This document shows positions 35,629 through 44,766 of a DNA stretch of 64,000 nt, one piece after another (the first letter of the stretch is position 1; every line of letters starts with the position of its first letter). Origin of the DNA: a virus. A program made the position numbers and the translations under genes. The notes under the pieces were generated by a model. It was given only the letters and a program-made list of their open reading frames with translations. It was not told where the DNA came from and ran no database searches. The stretch lies in the IMG/VR virus record IMGVR_UViG_3300037418_002743, positions 32,001 through 96,000 of that record. One strand, 5' to 3'.

Positions 35629-36664
35629 CCCCGGTCGGGCGGTTCGTCGTGCTGTTAGAGGTCGGCAGAACTTAGTAGTAGTACGTAGTGCCATAGACCC
35701 TGCCGAGAACTGCGCGTAGGCTCATCGCCCTCTCGCGACCGGCAGGGATGAAATGACCATCCAGGTCTGCCGGCTCAGTAACTGACGAGGTACCCGTTTG
35801 CCCCGATGCCGGGTAGACGAACTAAGCCCGACGTCGACGGGCATGCCCATTATTCGACGGTCCCGGAATAGCGCCAGCGACGCGAAGGCGCAGTTGATGA
35901 CGGAGCCGGGAGCTATCCATCTGACTCAAAGATCCAGAGTGTTAGGAGATCGTTATGGCACCCCCAGCGCAAGATATTGCAGTGGCACTGATGCAGCAAT
36001 GGGTCTTTCTTTCCGATGACCCCCAAGTCACAAATTTGATGCCGAAGGCATCGTTCCAGGAGGTTGCGGACCGCAACTATCAGCTCAAGAACAAGAAAGT
36101 CAGAAGGTTCTTGCAATGGGAGGATCAAATTGGCATGAATATTGGCTGGACCGATGATGCTTCGGCTGCGACGGCAACGAAGGTCCAGCGGTGGTTCTTC
36201 ACAAGGGAAGACACCGCTAAGGCGGGGCCAATAACCTATGGAGAGCCGATTGCGCTGGCCAACGGAGAGAAGCCTTCCTTCATCCATTACGAGAGCCAGA
36301 CGATCGGCGTAAATCTTCAGTGGCATGACAAACCTTCGTACGAATGGATATTACTTGGAGGCTCGAGGAACCAACCAGTCGGCGTTGGCGAGAGCATCGC
36401 GATCTATAACCAAGTCGATCTCGAGTGCTTGATATACGTCGACCGCACAATGGGGGGAGACGTGGGCTGGCCCAGCAGCTCAACTTGGTTTGATCAGATT
36501 GGGGATCTATTTAAGGGCCTCACTAAGGCGGTGATAGAGAAGGCGATTAAGGATGGCCTCGTAGAATTGTTTAAGAAACTCGCGAAATAGCCTTTCGCTG
36601 GCACGGCATTCGCGCTGCGGCGCTGCACGCCGTGCGCCGGGCGGGAGGACTGCCGCGACTTCTG
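35602..36664. mobile_element. Low-GC insertion (moron) bounded by a 23-bp direct repeat
   Basis: CGGGAGGACTGCCGCGACTTCTG at 35602-35624 and 36642-36664; the interior is visibly more AT-rich. Confidence 0.65.
35955..36590 (+). CDS. Low-GC protein with threefold internal repeat (beta-trefoil/lectin-like) and C-terminal amphipathic helix
   Basis: FLQWEDQIGMNIGW / FIHYESQTIGVNLQW / LIYVDRTMGGDVGW; RBS AGGAG. Confidence 0.7.
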   Translation: MAPPAQDIAVALMQQWVFLSDDPQVTNLMPKASFQEVADRNYQLKNKKVRRFLQWEDQIGMNIGWTDDASAATATKVQRWFFTREDTAKAGPITYGEPIALANGEKPSFIHYESQTIGVNLQWHDKPSYEWILLGGSRNQPVGVGESIAIYNQVDLECLIYVDRTMGGDVGWPSSSTWFDQIGDLFKGLTKAVIEKAIKDGLVELFKKLAK

Positions 36665-36745
36665 TGGCTCGGGAGGGGGCCGCCCGACCCATCCACGGAC
36701 GGCCGCCTCCCCCCGACTTCCCTTCCCGACCGAAGGGGAACCGCG

Positions 36746-36997
36746 TCAGGCGGCGGCGTAGCGGCGCGGGCCACGGCTCCGACGCCGCACCTCCCGCTCC
36801 GCGGCCTCCGCGATCAGGTACGTCGAGCACGGATCCGTGGAGTAGGGCCGGCACTGGTCGACGAGCGGGTCGTGGGTCACGAGCAGGGCGTCGACGAGGT
36901 TCGGGGTGTTCGCCAGCACCTGCACGAACTCCGCCGTGAGCGCGGCGGATGAGCGGATGCGGCGGGGCGAGCGACGGGAGGGAAGGGGGACGGTCAC
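36746..36997 (-). CDS. Small hypothetical protein
   Basis: 83-aa ORF. Confidence 0.4.
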   Translation of the reverse strand: MTVPLPSRRSPRRIRSSAALTAEFVQVLANTPNLVDALLVTHDPLVDQCRPYSTDPCSTYLIAEAAEREVRRRSRGPRRYAAA

Positions 36998-37083
36998 GGC
37001 AGAGTTCTCCAGCTACTTCCGGTGCCCCTCACCGCGCCGTTGATCCTCCGCCGCGGCGGGCCGGCGGACGAGACGCTGTCCGG

Positions 37084-37224
37084 GTGGCACGGAACGGCAC
37101 GGCGGCACGGACACGGACTCCAGGAGGGTGCCGGCACTGCTCTGCACGGCCCTGACCACCGGAAACGGGTGTGTTCCATCCGTTCCGTGCCACTGTTCCG
37201 TGCCGGCACAGTGGCCACCGTGCA
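37084..37224. repeat. GGCACGG(A) direct/inverted repeat cluster; candidate clt (TraB recognition locus)
   Basis: Direct copies at 37086, 37096, 37104, 37112 and 37144; inverted at 37184, 37197 and 37217; 14-bp perfect IR at 37084-37097/37180-37193. Confidence 0.5.
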
Positions 37225-37267
37225 AGTTTCCCCTTGTACTTACCGCGTGACGCGGTATCTTTAAGTC

Positions 37268-37570
37268 ATGAGCAACGACACCGCCACCGCCGCCCCGATC
37301 GCCACCGCCTCCGGCTTCTACACCGTCGCCGTCAAGGGCCTCCGCGGCCGCAAGTGGTTCGACGCCGGCTGCGGCCGCTGCGGCGACCAGGCCTTCGTCC
37401 AGTCGCTCTGCGACTCCGTCGCCGCCGACCACCCCGAGCTGCGATTCCAGGTCATGGACCCCAAGGGCCTCACCTACGCCCCCGACAAGTACCGCCCCTG
37501 GGCCGCCGCCTACGGCACCGAGAAGGACGACGACGTCAACGTCGACGAGCTCTCCGACGCCGAGCTCTGA
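37268..37570 (+). CDS. Leaderless stand-alone cassette gene
   Basis: TTGTAC-TTACCGCGTGACGCGG-TATCTT-TAAGTC-ATG; terminator hairpin at 37578-37608. Confidence 0.7.
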   Translation: MSNDTATAAPIATASGFYTVAVKGLRGRKWFDAGCGRCGDQAFVQSLCDSVAADHPELRFQVMDPKGLTYAPDKYRPWAAAYGTEKDDDVNVDELSDAEL

Positions 37571-37577
37571 CAGCAAA

Positions 37578-37608
37578 GGGCCCCGCCCGGCAGCGCCGGA
37601 CGGGGCCC
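37578..37608. terminator. Bidirectional hairpin terminator between the cassette gene and traB
   Basis: GGGCCCCGCCCGGC...GCCGGACGGGGCCC inverted repeat. Confidence 0.55.
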
Positions 37609-37621
37609 GCGGGCGTCAGGG

Positions 37622-39967
37622 TCAGGCGGCCCCGCGGGAGAGCCGAGCCGCCGCCGCCCGGAGGTCCGCGACCAGGAACCCGCGGAGGCGCTGCCCGCCG
37701 GCCCGGCGCGGCTCCGTCGGTCGGAGGTTCGCGTCGAGCGCGGAGAGGTCCCGGCCGAGCTGCTCGGCCGCCCGCCGCTTCGCCTCCGGCTCCGCGTCCC
37801 GGTCCACCCGCCCGATCACCTCCGCCAGCCGCTGCGTCGCCACCCACTCCGCCGGCGCGCCCGGGCGGCCGAGGGCCAGCATCACGATGTCGAGCGGCTC
37901 CGGCAGGGGCGGGTGACCCGGGCGGCCGGCGTGCTGCCGCATCGCCTCGACGAGCCGCCGCCCGGCCGCCTCGATCCCCGACGTGTCGGGAGCCGGGAGC
38001 ATCCCACCCGGCGCGGGTGCGTCGGATCCGCCCTGGTCACCCGGTGCGCCCGGGTCCTCGCCCAGCAGCTCCGCCCACAGGCGGGCGTCGTCGTCCCACC
38101 CGGGTGGAAGGTCCGCGGGCGGGAGGTCCGGGTGCGGGTCACCCGCCTCCGCGGCCGGGTGGGCACCCGCCGGCTCCACCCGCTCCGGGGCGGGCGGGTC
38201 ACCCGCCGGCGGGCGGGTGGGCTCCGGCGTGGGCTCCGGGCGGCCGCCCGGGTGGTCGTTGCTCATCGGCCACTCCAGTCCGTGGAGACGCGCCGCCTCG
38301 ACGAGCTCGCGGTGGCGCCGGGGGTTCCAACGGTCAGCGTAGGTCCGGAGGTCCTTGGTGACATCCGGGTCAAGCCCGAAGCGCCACTGGGCGTTCCGGG
38401 CGGCGACGAGGGGGATCTCGTCGTCGAGGAGGCTCAGGGCCTTGCCGCGCATGCCGCGCTCGTCCGGCTCCCCGGTCGTCACATAGAACTGCTTGTTCCG
38501 CAGCTTGCTGGCGTCCGGGCGGCCGGGGAGCCCGGCGAGGACCTTGTCCGCGTCGTCCCGGCGCTTCGTGTAGAGCGCGATCCCGATATCGGTGTTGCGC
38601 TGCATCCCGGAGCCCGCGGCCCCGAAGGAGGAGAAGAGCTGGTCCTGGTTGGCGATCACGACGTTGACCAGCGCGGTGCGGCCGAGCGCCTTGATCTCCG
38701 CGACCATCTCCGAGGCGGTGAGCATCCGCCCGTCAACGGGCCACTTCTTCGTGGTGCCCAGGACCTTCGACGCCTCGTCCACGATCACCGTGAGCATGCC
38801 GCGGCCCGGCTCGGCCTTCCGGGCGCCCGACGTCGGGGTCCGCTGGTTGCACAGCTTCGCGTAGAGCAGCGCGTCCGCGAGCGCGGCGAGCGCCTCGTCG
38901 AGGGACTCCCCGCCGACCCGGTCGACGGCCGGGCGGTCCACCTCTCCGCGGAGCCACGGGAGCACCCAACCCCAGGCGAGCTTGACCAGCTTCTCCGTGC
39001 CGACCAGCCACACCTCCCCGGCCTTGGACGCGGTGAGGCGGGCGATCAGGACCGCGAGGAGCACACCCTTGCCGGAGCCGGTCTTGCCGACGATGTCCAG
39101 GTGCCGGGCGCCCTCGTCGGGGTGGCACAGCTGCAGCTCGATCGGCCGGTCGTCCTCGTAGCGGCCGATGAGCATCCGGGCGTCAGCGTCGGTCGGCTCG
39201 TGATCCCAGACGAACGGGATCGGGCCCTCGTGCACCCGCTTCACGGTGAAGTGCAGGAGGAACTCCCCCATGTTGCGGCCGCGCTCCGGCACCACGTCCT
39301 GGTCCTCGAGGTCGATCCCGCGCGTCTCCTCGAACTGCATCGCCGCCTCCGTGGCGATCGCCGGGACGTCGCCGAGGAAGCCGCCGTAGGTGAGCAGCTT
39401 CTTCCCCTCGTGCCGGACCGGGCGGAGGTGCACGGTCTCGACGCCGCCCGAGGGCGAGGTGCTCACCCGGGAGACGCGGACATCGGTGACCTGCGCGGCC
39501 GTGAGGATCCCCGGGTACGGGCCGACGTCGCCGATCGGCTGCTCCGCCCCCGCCGGCGCAGGCCCGCCCGCCGTCGTCTCCGCGGCGGCCGCGACGCGCG
39601 GCGCGGCGAGCCCGAGGAGGTAGTACCAGGACCCGAACACGCCGAACCAGACGAGCAGCCACGGCGCGAGCGGGAGCGGCGTCGGGGAGGCGATGAGCAT
39701 CCAGAACCCGGCCGTGATGCCGGCGAGGCCGGCGCACCAGGAGGCGCCGCCGGTGAAGGCCCGCCCGTAGTCCCGGGCGGGGAAGAGCAGCCGGGCGCCG
39801 AGCGCGCCGAACCCGCCGACCGCGAGCCCGATCACGACGAAGGCCCACCCCTGCAGGGTGGGCACCGAGGCGGCGATGTAGGCGGCGACGGGATAGATCA
39901 GCGGGTAGGCCCACCAGCCCTCCGGCCGTCGGAACGGCCGGAGGGCTGCGGGCTGGCTGGTGCTCAC
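37622..39967 (-). CDS. traB: TraB-like FtsK/SpoIIIE conjugative DNA translocase
   Basis: N-terminal TM helices, Walker A HLDIVGKTGSGKG, Walker B LTVIVDEA, Pro-rich linker, C-terminal wHTH (...GQRLRGFLVADL). Confidence 0.8.
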   Translation of the reverse strand: MSTSQPAALRPFRRPEGWWAYPLIYPVAAYIAASVPTLQGWAFVVIGLAVGGFGALGARLLFPARDYGRAFTGGASWCAGLAGITAGFWMLIASPTPLPLAPWLLVWFGVFGSWYYLLGLAAPRVAAAAETTAGGPAPAGAEQPIGDVGPYPGILTAAQVTDVRVSRVSTSPSGGVETVHLRPVRHEGKKLLTYGGFLGDVPAIATEAAMQFEETRGIDLEDQDVVPERGRNMGEFLLHFTVKRVHEGPIPFVWDHEPTDADARMLIGRYEDDRPIELQLCHPDEGARHLDIVGKTGSGKGVLLAVLIARLTASKAGEVWLVGTEKLVKLAWGWVLPWLRGEVDRPAVDRVGGESLDEALAALADALLYAKLCNQRTPTSGARKAEPGRGMLTVIVDEASKVLGTTKKWPVDGRMLTASEMVAEIKALGRTALVNVVIANQDQLFSSFGAAGSGMQRNTDIGIALYTKRRDDADKVLAGLPGRPDASKLRNKQFYVTTGEPDERGMRGKALSLLDDEIPLVAARNAQWRFGLDPDVTKDLRTYADRWNPRRHRELVEAARLHGLEWPMSNDHPGGRPEPTPEPTRPPAGDPPAPERVEPAGAHPAAEAGDPHPDLPPADLPPGWDDDARLWAELLGEDPGAPGDQGGSDAPAPGGMLPAPDTSGIEAAGRRLVEAMRQHAGRPGHPPLPEPLDIVMLALGRPGAPAEWVATQRLAEVIGRVDRDAEPEAKRRAAEQLGRDLSALDANLRPTEPRRAGGQRLRGFLVADLRAAAARLSRGAA

Positions 39968-40010
39968 GGGCGGCTCTCCCAGGGGAAGTGGGCGGGCGAA
40001 GGCAGAGACG

Positions 40011-41936
40011 TCAGGCGACGTCCTGGTTGGCGCCCCAGTCGAGGGAGCGGGCGCGCGGGTCGGTCTCCTGCATGCGGGCCAGGTCGTCGTTGTGGATCGC
40101 GTCGATCCCCGCGGAGACCTCCTCGAGCGACTCGACGGGCGCCTTCACGAAGTTGGCGATCTCGCGGAGCAGGTCCTCCGCGCCGGCCTTGAAGAGCACG
40201 GACTCCACGGACTTGTCGGCGATGGTGGCGAACCCCTCCGCGAGGGCCTCGAAGAGCGCGGGCGCCTCGCCGATGAGCAGCTTCACCTTCATAAACGACG
40301 GGTCGTCGTCGTTGTTGGTCGGCTGCCAGTTCGCGACGGCGTTGCGCCACTCCTCGATCACGGAGTCGAAGGTGCCCATGGTCGTGTTCCTTCCTGCGGG
40401 GAGAGCCCCGGCCGGTCGGCCGGGCGCGGTGGTCGGGATGAGGGACGGGAGGGCCGGGAGCTTCGGCAGCGCCTTCGGCGGCACGGGCTCCGGGCGGGGA
40501 CGGCGGTGCCGGACCCACCAGCGGCGGCCGTGGGCCCGCCGGATCCGCTGCCAGCGCCACAGGGCCCGGGCGGTGCGGATCGGCCGCGAGCGGAGCGCAC
40601 GGCGCCCGAGAGCGGTGCCGGCGACCCGGCGGGCGGCTCCGCGGGCGACCCGGCCAACCGCTCGGGCGGCGGGGCCGGCGAGCCGGCGGGCGGCGACCGC
40701 GGCGCGGGTGCGATTCGCGGCGTGCGCGATCCGGGCGGCCCGGGCCCCGAAGACGGCGCCCTGCCGGGCGGCCGCCCGGGCGGCCTTCCCGACCGCCCGC
40801 CCGGCCGCGGAGCCGCGGAGCGCGCGGGTGCGGACGAGGCCCCGCCGGTAGGCACGGCGGGCCCGGGCGACGAGCCCGGCGCGGCGGGCGCCCTGCCGCC
40901 CACCCGGGCGGACACCCGGGCGGGTGGAGGCCTTCGGGCCCGGGCGCCCACCCGGGCGGGCGGACGGGTGACCAGGGCGAACTCCGGCACCCGGGCGGCC
41001 GCCCGCCCGGCCGGAGAAGAGCCCGCGGACCTTCCGCGCACCCGCCTTCACCCGGGAGCCGGCCGAGCGGCCGGAGCGGGTGCCGGGACGGGTAGAGCCG
41101 CCCCCGGTGCCGCCGGTGGAGCGGGTGCCGCCCGCCTTGCCGCCCGGGCGGTGCGTGCCGCCGGCGCCGCGGGAGCGGCCGCCGAAGAGCCCGCGCCGCC
41201 CGCCGCCGGCGGTCCCGCCCGAGCGGCCGGCGCCGCCGAAGAGGCTCCGCCGGCCGCCCGCGGTTCCGCCCTTCCCATGCCCGCCGGCGGTCGCGGACCG
41301 GCGGGACCGAGAGGACTTCGAGGAGCCCCGAGACGGGGCCGAGATGCCGCCGGAGCGCGCCGCTGCGGCTCGGGGCCGGGCAGCAGCGGGCGAGGGCCGG
41401 CGGAGGCGGGAGAGGCCGGGCAGACCGCTCGCGCGGCGACCCCCTCCGCTCACACCGCCGGCCCTCGACCCGGCCGCCCGGCCCTTGGCACCCAGACCGT
41501 CCGACCGGCCGCTCGATCGCGGCCGGGTCGGACGGCCCGCCCGGGTGCCCCCACCGGCCGCGCGGGATCCGGCGCGAGACGGCCGCAGCCGCCCCAGCAG
41601 GCCGGAAAGTCCCGCGGACCCCGGACGGACGCGAGGAGAGGCAGGACGGGAGGGAATACCCCGCCCCCTCGCGCGTCCGCCATCTTCTCCCCCACCCCGA
41701 AACCGGTGCAGGGCGTAGCCACCCCCTGCGATCGCGGTCGGGACCGTGTAGCCGAGCCACCCGAAGGCCTGACCTGCGGTCACGACCCCGGCGACGGAGA
41801 TCAGCGCGCCGAGCGCGAGGACGGGGCTGGGCATCCGTCGGGGCTCGTCGGCCGTCCGACGGGAGAGGTCCCGGGCGGGACGCTCCGGCTCCGTCGCCTC
41901 CGCCTCCGGCGGGGCCGGGGTCTCGGGGGTCGTCAC
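40011..41936 (-). CDS. TraB-associated protein: TM pair, long Arg/Gly-rich region, acidic helical C-domain
   Basis: GTG at 41936; in-frame internal start MGTFDS at 40379 with RBS GGAAGGA. Confidence 0.6.
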   Translation of the reverse strand: MTTPETPAPPEAEATEPERPARDLSRRTADEPRRMPSPVLALGALISVAGVVTAGQAFGWLGYTVPTAIAGGGYALHRFRGGGEDGGRARGRGIPSRPASPRVRPGSAGLSGLLGRLRPSRAGSRAAGGGTRAGRPTRPRSSGRSDGLGAKGRAAGSRAGGVSGGGRRASGLPGLSRLRRPSPAAARPRAAAARSGGISAPSRGSSKSSRSRRSATAGGHGKGGTAGGRRSLFGGAGRSGGTAGGGRRGLFGGRSRGAGGTHRPGGKAGGTRSTGGTGGGSTRPGTRSGRSAGSRVKAGARKVRGLFSGRAGGRPGAGVRPGHPSARPGGRPGPKASTRPGVRPGGRQGARRAGLVARARRAYRRGLVRTRALRGSAAGRAVGKAARAAARQGAVFGARAARIAHAANRTRAAVAARRLAGPAARAVGRVARGAARRVAGTALGRRALRSRPIRTARALWRWQRIRRAHGRRWWVRHRRPRPEPVPPKALPKLPALPSLIPTTAPGRPAGALPAGRNTTMGTFDSVIEEWRNAVANWQPTNNDDDPSFMKVKLLIGEAPALFEALAEGFATIADKSVESVLFKAGAEDLLREIANFVKAPVESLEEVSAGIDAIHNDDLARMQETDPRARSLDWGANQDVA

Positions 41937-42154
41937 CGGAAGGTCCCGGCCACGCCGCCCATCGCGCCGCGGACGCCGGCCTCGAGACCGGAGGCTCCGG
42001 AGGCGGCGATGGTGTGCACCACCGCGGCCGCGGAGCCGCCGAGGAAGACCCCGAAGAGGATCCCCCACATCAGGACGAGCCCGTGCCGGTGACCGCGCCG
42101 CCACGAGAACCAGGCCAGGAGGCCGAAGATCAACACGAGGGGGATGCCGAACAT
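41933..42154 (-). CDS. Small membrane protein (Spd-like) of the transfer operon
   Basis: MFGIPLVLIFGLLAWFSW...LVLMWGILFGVFLG. Confidence 0.6.
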   Translation of the reverse strand: MFGIPLVLIFGLLAWFSWRRGHRHGLVLMWGILFGVFLGGSAAAVVHTIAASGASGLEAGVRGAMGGVAGTFR

Positions 42155-42522
42155 CAGACGCTTGCCTTCCGGTTGGGCCGTCCGCGCCGCGTGCCAGGGA
42201 TGGCCTCCGCGGAGTACGGCGGGGGGAAGAGCGGCAGGAGGTACGCCTGCCGGAGCACGGCGCAGAGGGCGAGGATCGGCTCCGCGGGCTCGAACCACTC
42301 CGAGTCGAGGCGGTACGCGGCGAACTGCATGTGGCGGGCCTGCTCGAGCTCGCGGCCGCCGGGCTCGACGGCGTGCCAGACCTCGGCGCGAACCCCGCTC
42401 ATCCGCGGGCGGAACAGCTTGGTCGTGCCGATCTTGATGCGGTCCCCGACGCCGACGTAGTAGACGACGGGTTGATGGTTGGACTGGCTCTCAATGCCGA
42501 GACCCACAGCCAGGTCGGACAA
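42154..42522 (-). CDS. GIY-YIG (T5orf172/MUG113-like) domain protein
   Basis: VVYYV...IKIGTT...R...EPGGRELEQARHMQFAAYRL.SEWF. Confidence 0.75.
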   Translation of the reverse strand: MSDLAVGLGIESQSNHQPVVYYVGVGDRIKIGTTKLFRPRMSGVRAEVWHAVEPGGRELEQARHMQFAAYRLDSEWFEPAEPILALCAVLRQAYLLPLFPPPYSAEAIPGTRRGRPNRKASV

Positions 42523-42752
42523 GCCGCTGACCTCCTGCTCGCTCTAGCTCCTGGGAGGGATGGACGGCCCCAGCATGCGCGCTCCGGTGCTTATATGCAA
42601 CTCTACGATGCATGCGCTAAGGTCCAGAACGTCGGGCCCGGCCCTCACCTTCCCCGGGGGCCGAGCCCGCCGTATGCACGCGGGACTGCCTATATGCACG
42701 CCTCGGTGGGACACTGCGGGAGCCCTGCAGGCCCACCGGGAGGGGAAGCCCG

Positions 42753-43010
42753 ATGATCAGGAAGATCGAGATCGAGACGATGAGCACGCTCGCCGGCACG
42801 GCCGACTGCTCCGACCGCTACGAGTGCCCCGCGGTGCTCGCGCTGTCGGACCGGCCGGACGTCTACCACCTGGTGGTGAAGGCGGACTCGATCGTCACCG
42901 ACGCCGAGGAGCTCGCCGCGCTCCGTGCGCAGCGCAAGCTCGCCGACGACGAGATCGTGGTGACCCAGGACCGGCGCGTGATCGACGCACTGCGAGGAGG
43001 TGGAAGCTGA
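42753..43010 (+). CDS. Small CxxxxxCP protein (DUF397-like partner)
   Basis: DCSDRYECPAVL...YHLVVK; first gene of the DUF6879/XRE operon. Confidence 0.6.
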   Translation: MIRKIEIETMSTLAGTADCSDRYECPAVLALSDRPDVYHLVVKADSIVTDAEELAALRAQRKLADDEIVVTQDRRVIDALRGGGS

Positions 43011-43576
43011 TGCCGCAGCTGACCGGCCGCGAGATGGCCGAGTTCATCGAGGCGCACTACACCTCCCCCGGGGACAACCTCTTCCGGATGGAGCGTCTCC
43101 CCATCTACGCGGGGAACGCCGCCCAGACGGCGCGCTGGCTCACCGGAGCCGCGGAGCCGGACTGGGAGGTCAAGCAGGGCTGGCTCGACGCTCTCCGGGA
43201 GGACCGAGAGCGCGGGCTGCGGGCGCAGCGCGTGCGTGTCTTCACTCCGGGGATGACGGACGACGAGAGGGCCGCATGCGCCTTCGGGTACGCCTACAAC
43301 GGCCGGTACGAGGAGATCAGGGTGATCCACCGCGGCGAGCACCCGCCGGTGGACATCCTGGATCACGACTACTGGCTCATCACGCCTGCCCGCGGGCAGG
43401 TCGAGGTCCTGCGGATGCACTACGCGGACGACGGGGCCTTCCTCGGCGCGGACGTGGTGCCGCGTGACGGACACGAGCCGTACCTGCGGGAGAGCCGGCT
43501 GGCCTGGGCGATTGCGGAGGACTTCGCGCCGTGGTGGGAGCGGCACACCGAGCTGCACGAGCGGCTGGCGGCCTGA
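43010..43576 (+). CDS. DUF6879 family protein
   Basis: FRMERLPIY...RVRVF...GEHPP...DYWLI...MHYADDGAFLG. Confidence 0.8.
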   Translation: MPQLTGREMAEFIEAHYTSPGDNLFRMERLPIYAGNAAQTARWLTGAAEPDWEVKQGWLDALREDRERGLRAQRVRVFTPGMTDDERAACAFGYAYNGRYEEIRVIHRGEHPPVDILDHDYWLITPARGQVEVLRMHYADDGAFLGADVVPRDGHEPYLRESRLAWAIAEDFAPWWERHTELHERLAA

Positions 43577-43580
43577 CCAC

Positions 43581-44393
43581 ATGCCTGCAAGGACGCGCCG
43601 GGTGCCGGGCGGCCGGGACGAACTGTCCCGGCTGCTCGTCACCCTCCGCGGCACCAAGACCCAGGGCGAGGCCGGCGCGCTGATCGGGGTCAACCAGTCC
43701 AGGATCTCCCGCGCGGAGTCCGGACGCGGCGGGCTCACCGCGGAGCAGGCCGACGCCTACGCCCAGGCGCTCGGCGCATCCCGGCGGGACCGCAACCGCC
43801 TTGTCCAGCTCGTAAAGACCTTCGAGGCCGGCAGCATCACGACCCGGACGACGCTGGTCCGCAAGGCTCCCGAGATCCAGGCCCGGATCGAGAAGCTCTA
43901 CCGCGAGTCGACCGCGATCCGCAGCTGGCAGCCCGAGATCATCCCGGGCGCCGCTCAGACGCGCGCCTACACGCTGGCCGTGGTCGCCCCGATGACTCCC
44001 GGGCCGGCGTGGTGGACGCCGCGCCAGGCCCGGATCGACATGCTCGGCGCGCCCGGGCGCACCTTCCACCTCCTCGTCTCCGAGGCCGCTCTCCGCTGGG
44101 GCATCGGCTCCCGGGAGGTTATGGCGGAGCAGATGCAGCATCTGGACGCCGTGAGCCGCCTCCGCGGCGTCCGGCTCGGTGTCGTGCCGCTCGACGTCGT
44201 GCACCCGGTCGCGCCGCCCTCGGCGTTTGAGCTGTACGGCTCCCGGACCGCCTCCGTGGCGACGCTCTCCGGCACGGCCTTCGTTGAGGACCGGCCCGAC
44301 ATCGAGCGCTACGAGGAGGACTTCAACGCCCTCGCCGACCTCGCGCGGTACGACGACGACGCCCGCGCGCTCTTCGGATCGGTCTGGTCGTGA
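43581..44393 (+). CDS. XRE HTH plus DUF5753 transcription regulator
   Basis: TQGEAGALIGVNQSRISRAESG; IPGAAQTRAY, LVSEAALRW, VMAEQMQHL. Confidence 0.85.
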   Translation: MPARTRRVPGGRDELSRLLVTLRGTKTQGEAGALIGVNQSRISRAESGRGGLTAEQADAYAQALGASRRDRNRLVQLVKTFEAGSITTRTTLVRKAPEIQARIEKLYRESTAIRSWQPEIIPGAAQTRAYTLAVVAPMTPGPAWWTPRQARIDMLGAPGRTFHLLVSEAALRWGIGSREVMAEQMQHLDAVSRLRGVRLGVVPLDVVHPVAPPSAFELYGSRTASVATLSGTAFVEDRPDIERYEEDFNALADLARYDDDARALFGSVWS

Positions 44394-44401
44394 ACGACGA
44401 A

Positions 44402-44435
44402 AGCGCCCCCTCCCGCGGGTGCGGGAGGGGGCGCT
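44402..44435. terminator. Bidirectional hairpin terminator
   Basis: AGCGCCCCCTCCCGC-GGGT-GCGGGAGGGGGCGCT perfect inverted repeat. Confidence 0.7.
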
Positions 44436-44445
44436 GGGCGGGCGG

Positions 44446-44766
44446 TCAGCGGAAGCTCTCGATCCACTCGAGGAAGGCGACCGCCAGCAGGCGGGCCTTG
44501 AGCTGGGTCTCGATCTCGCGCCGGTCGCCGCCGGTGAGGGCCCGGTCGATCTCGCAGAGCGCGTCCTCGCGGCGGCCGGCCTTGTAGTCGGCCGTCATGC
44601 GGCGGACGGCGGTCGTGAAGTCGTCGAGGGAGAGGACGCCGTAGGTGACGCCGTTCCAGGTGAAGATCTCGCCCGCGTGGCGGAGCGCGCCTCGGGCCCG
44701 GATGACCGCGTAGATCAGGGCGGTGGAGGAGAGGACGGGGGCGGCGGGGGCTGCGGTGTTCGTCAT
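44446..44766 (-). CDS. Leaderless stand-alone cassette gene (MTNTAA...)
   Basis: Promoter copy at 44778-44794; sits between the XRE operon and the DUF2637 gene. Confidence 0.65.
   Translation of the reverse strand: MTNTAAPAAPVLSSTALIYAVIRARGALRHAGEIFTWNGVTYGVLSLDDFTTAVRRMTADYKAGRREDALCEIDRALTGGDRREIETQLKARLLAVAFLEWIESFR

Noticed and set aside
37622-39967. FtsK ATPase as a type VII secretion EccC or packaging ATPase
   Set aside because: It has a single ATPase domain with N-terminal TMs and a C-terminal wHTH plus Spd-like neighbours, which fits TraB; no other T7SS genes are present
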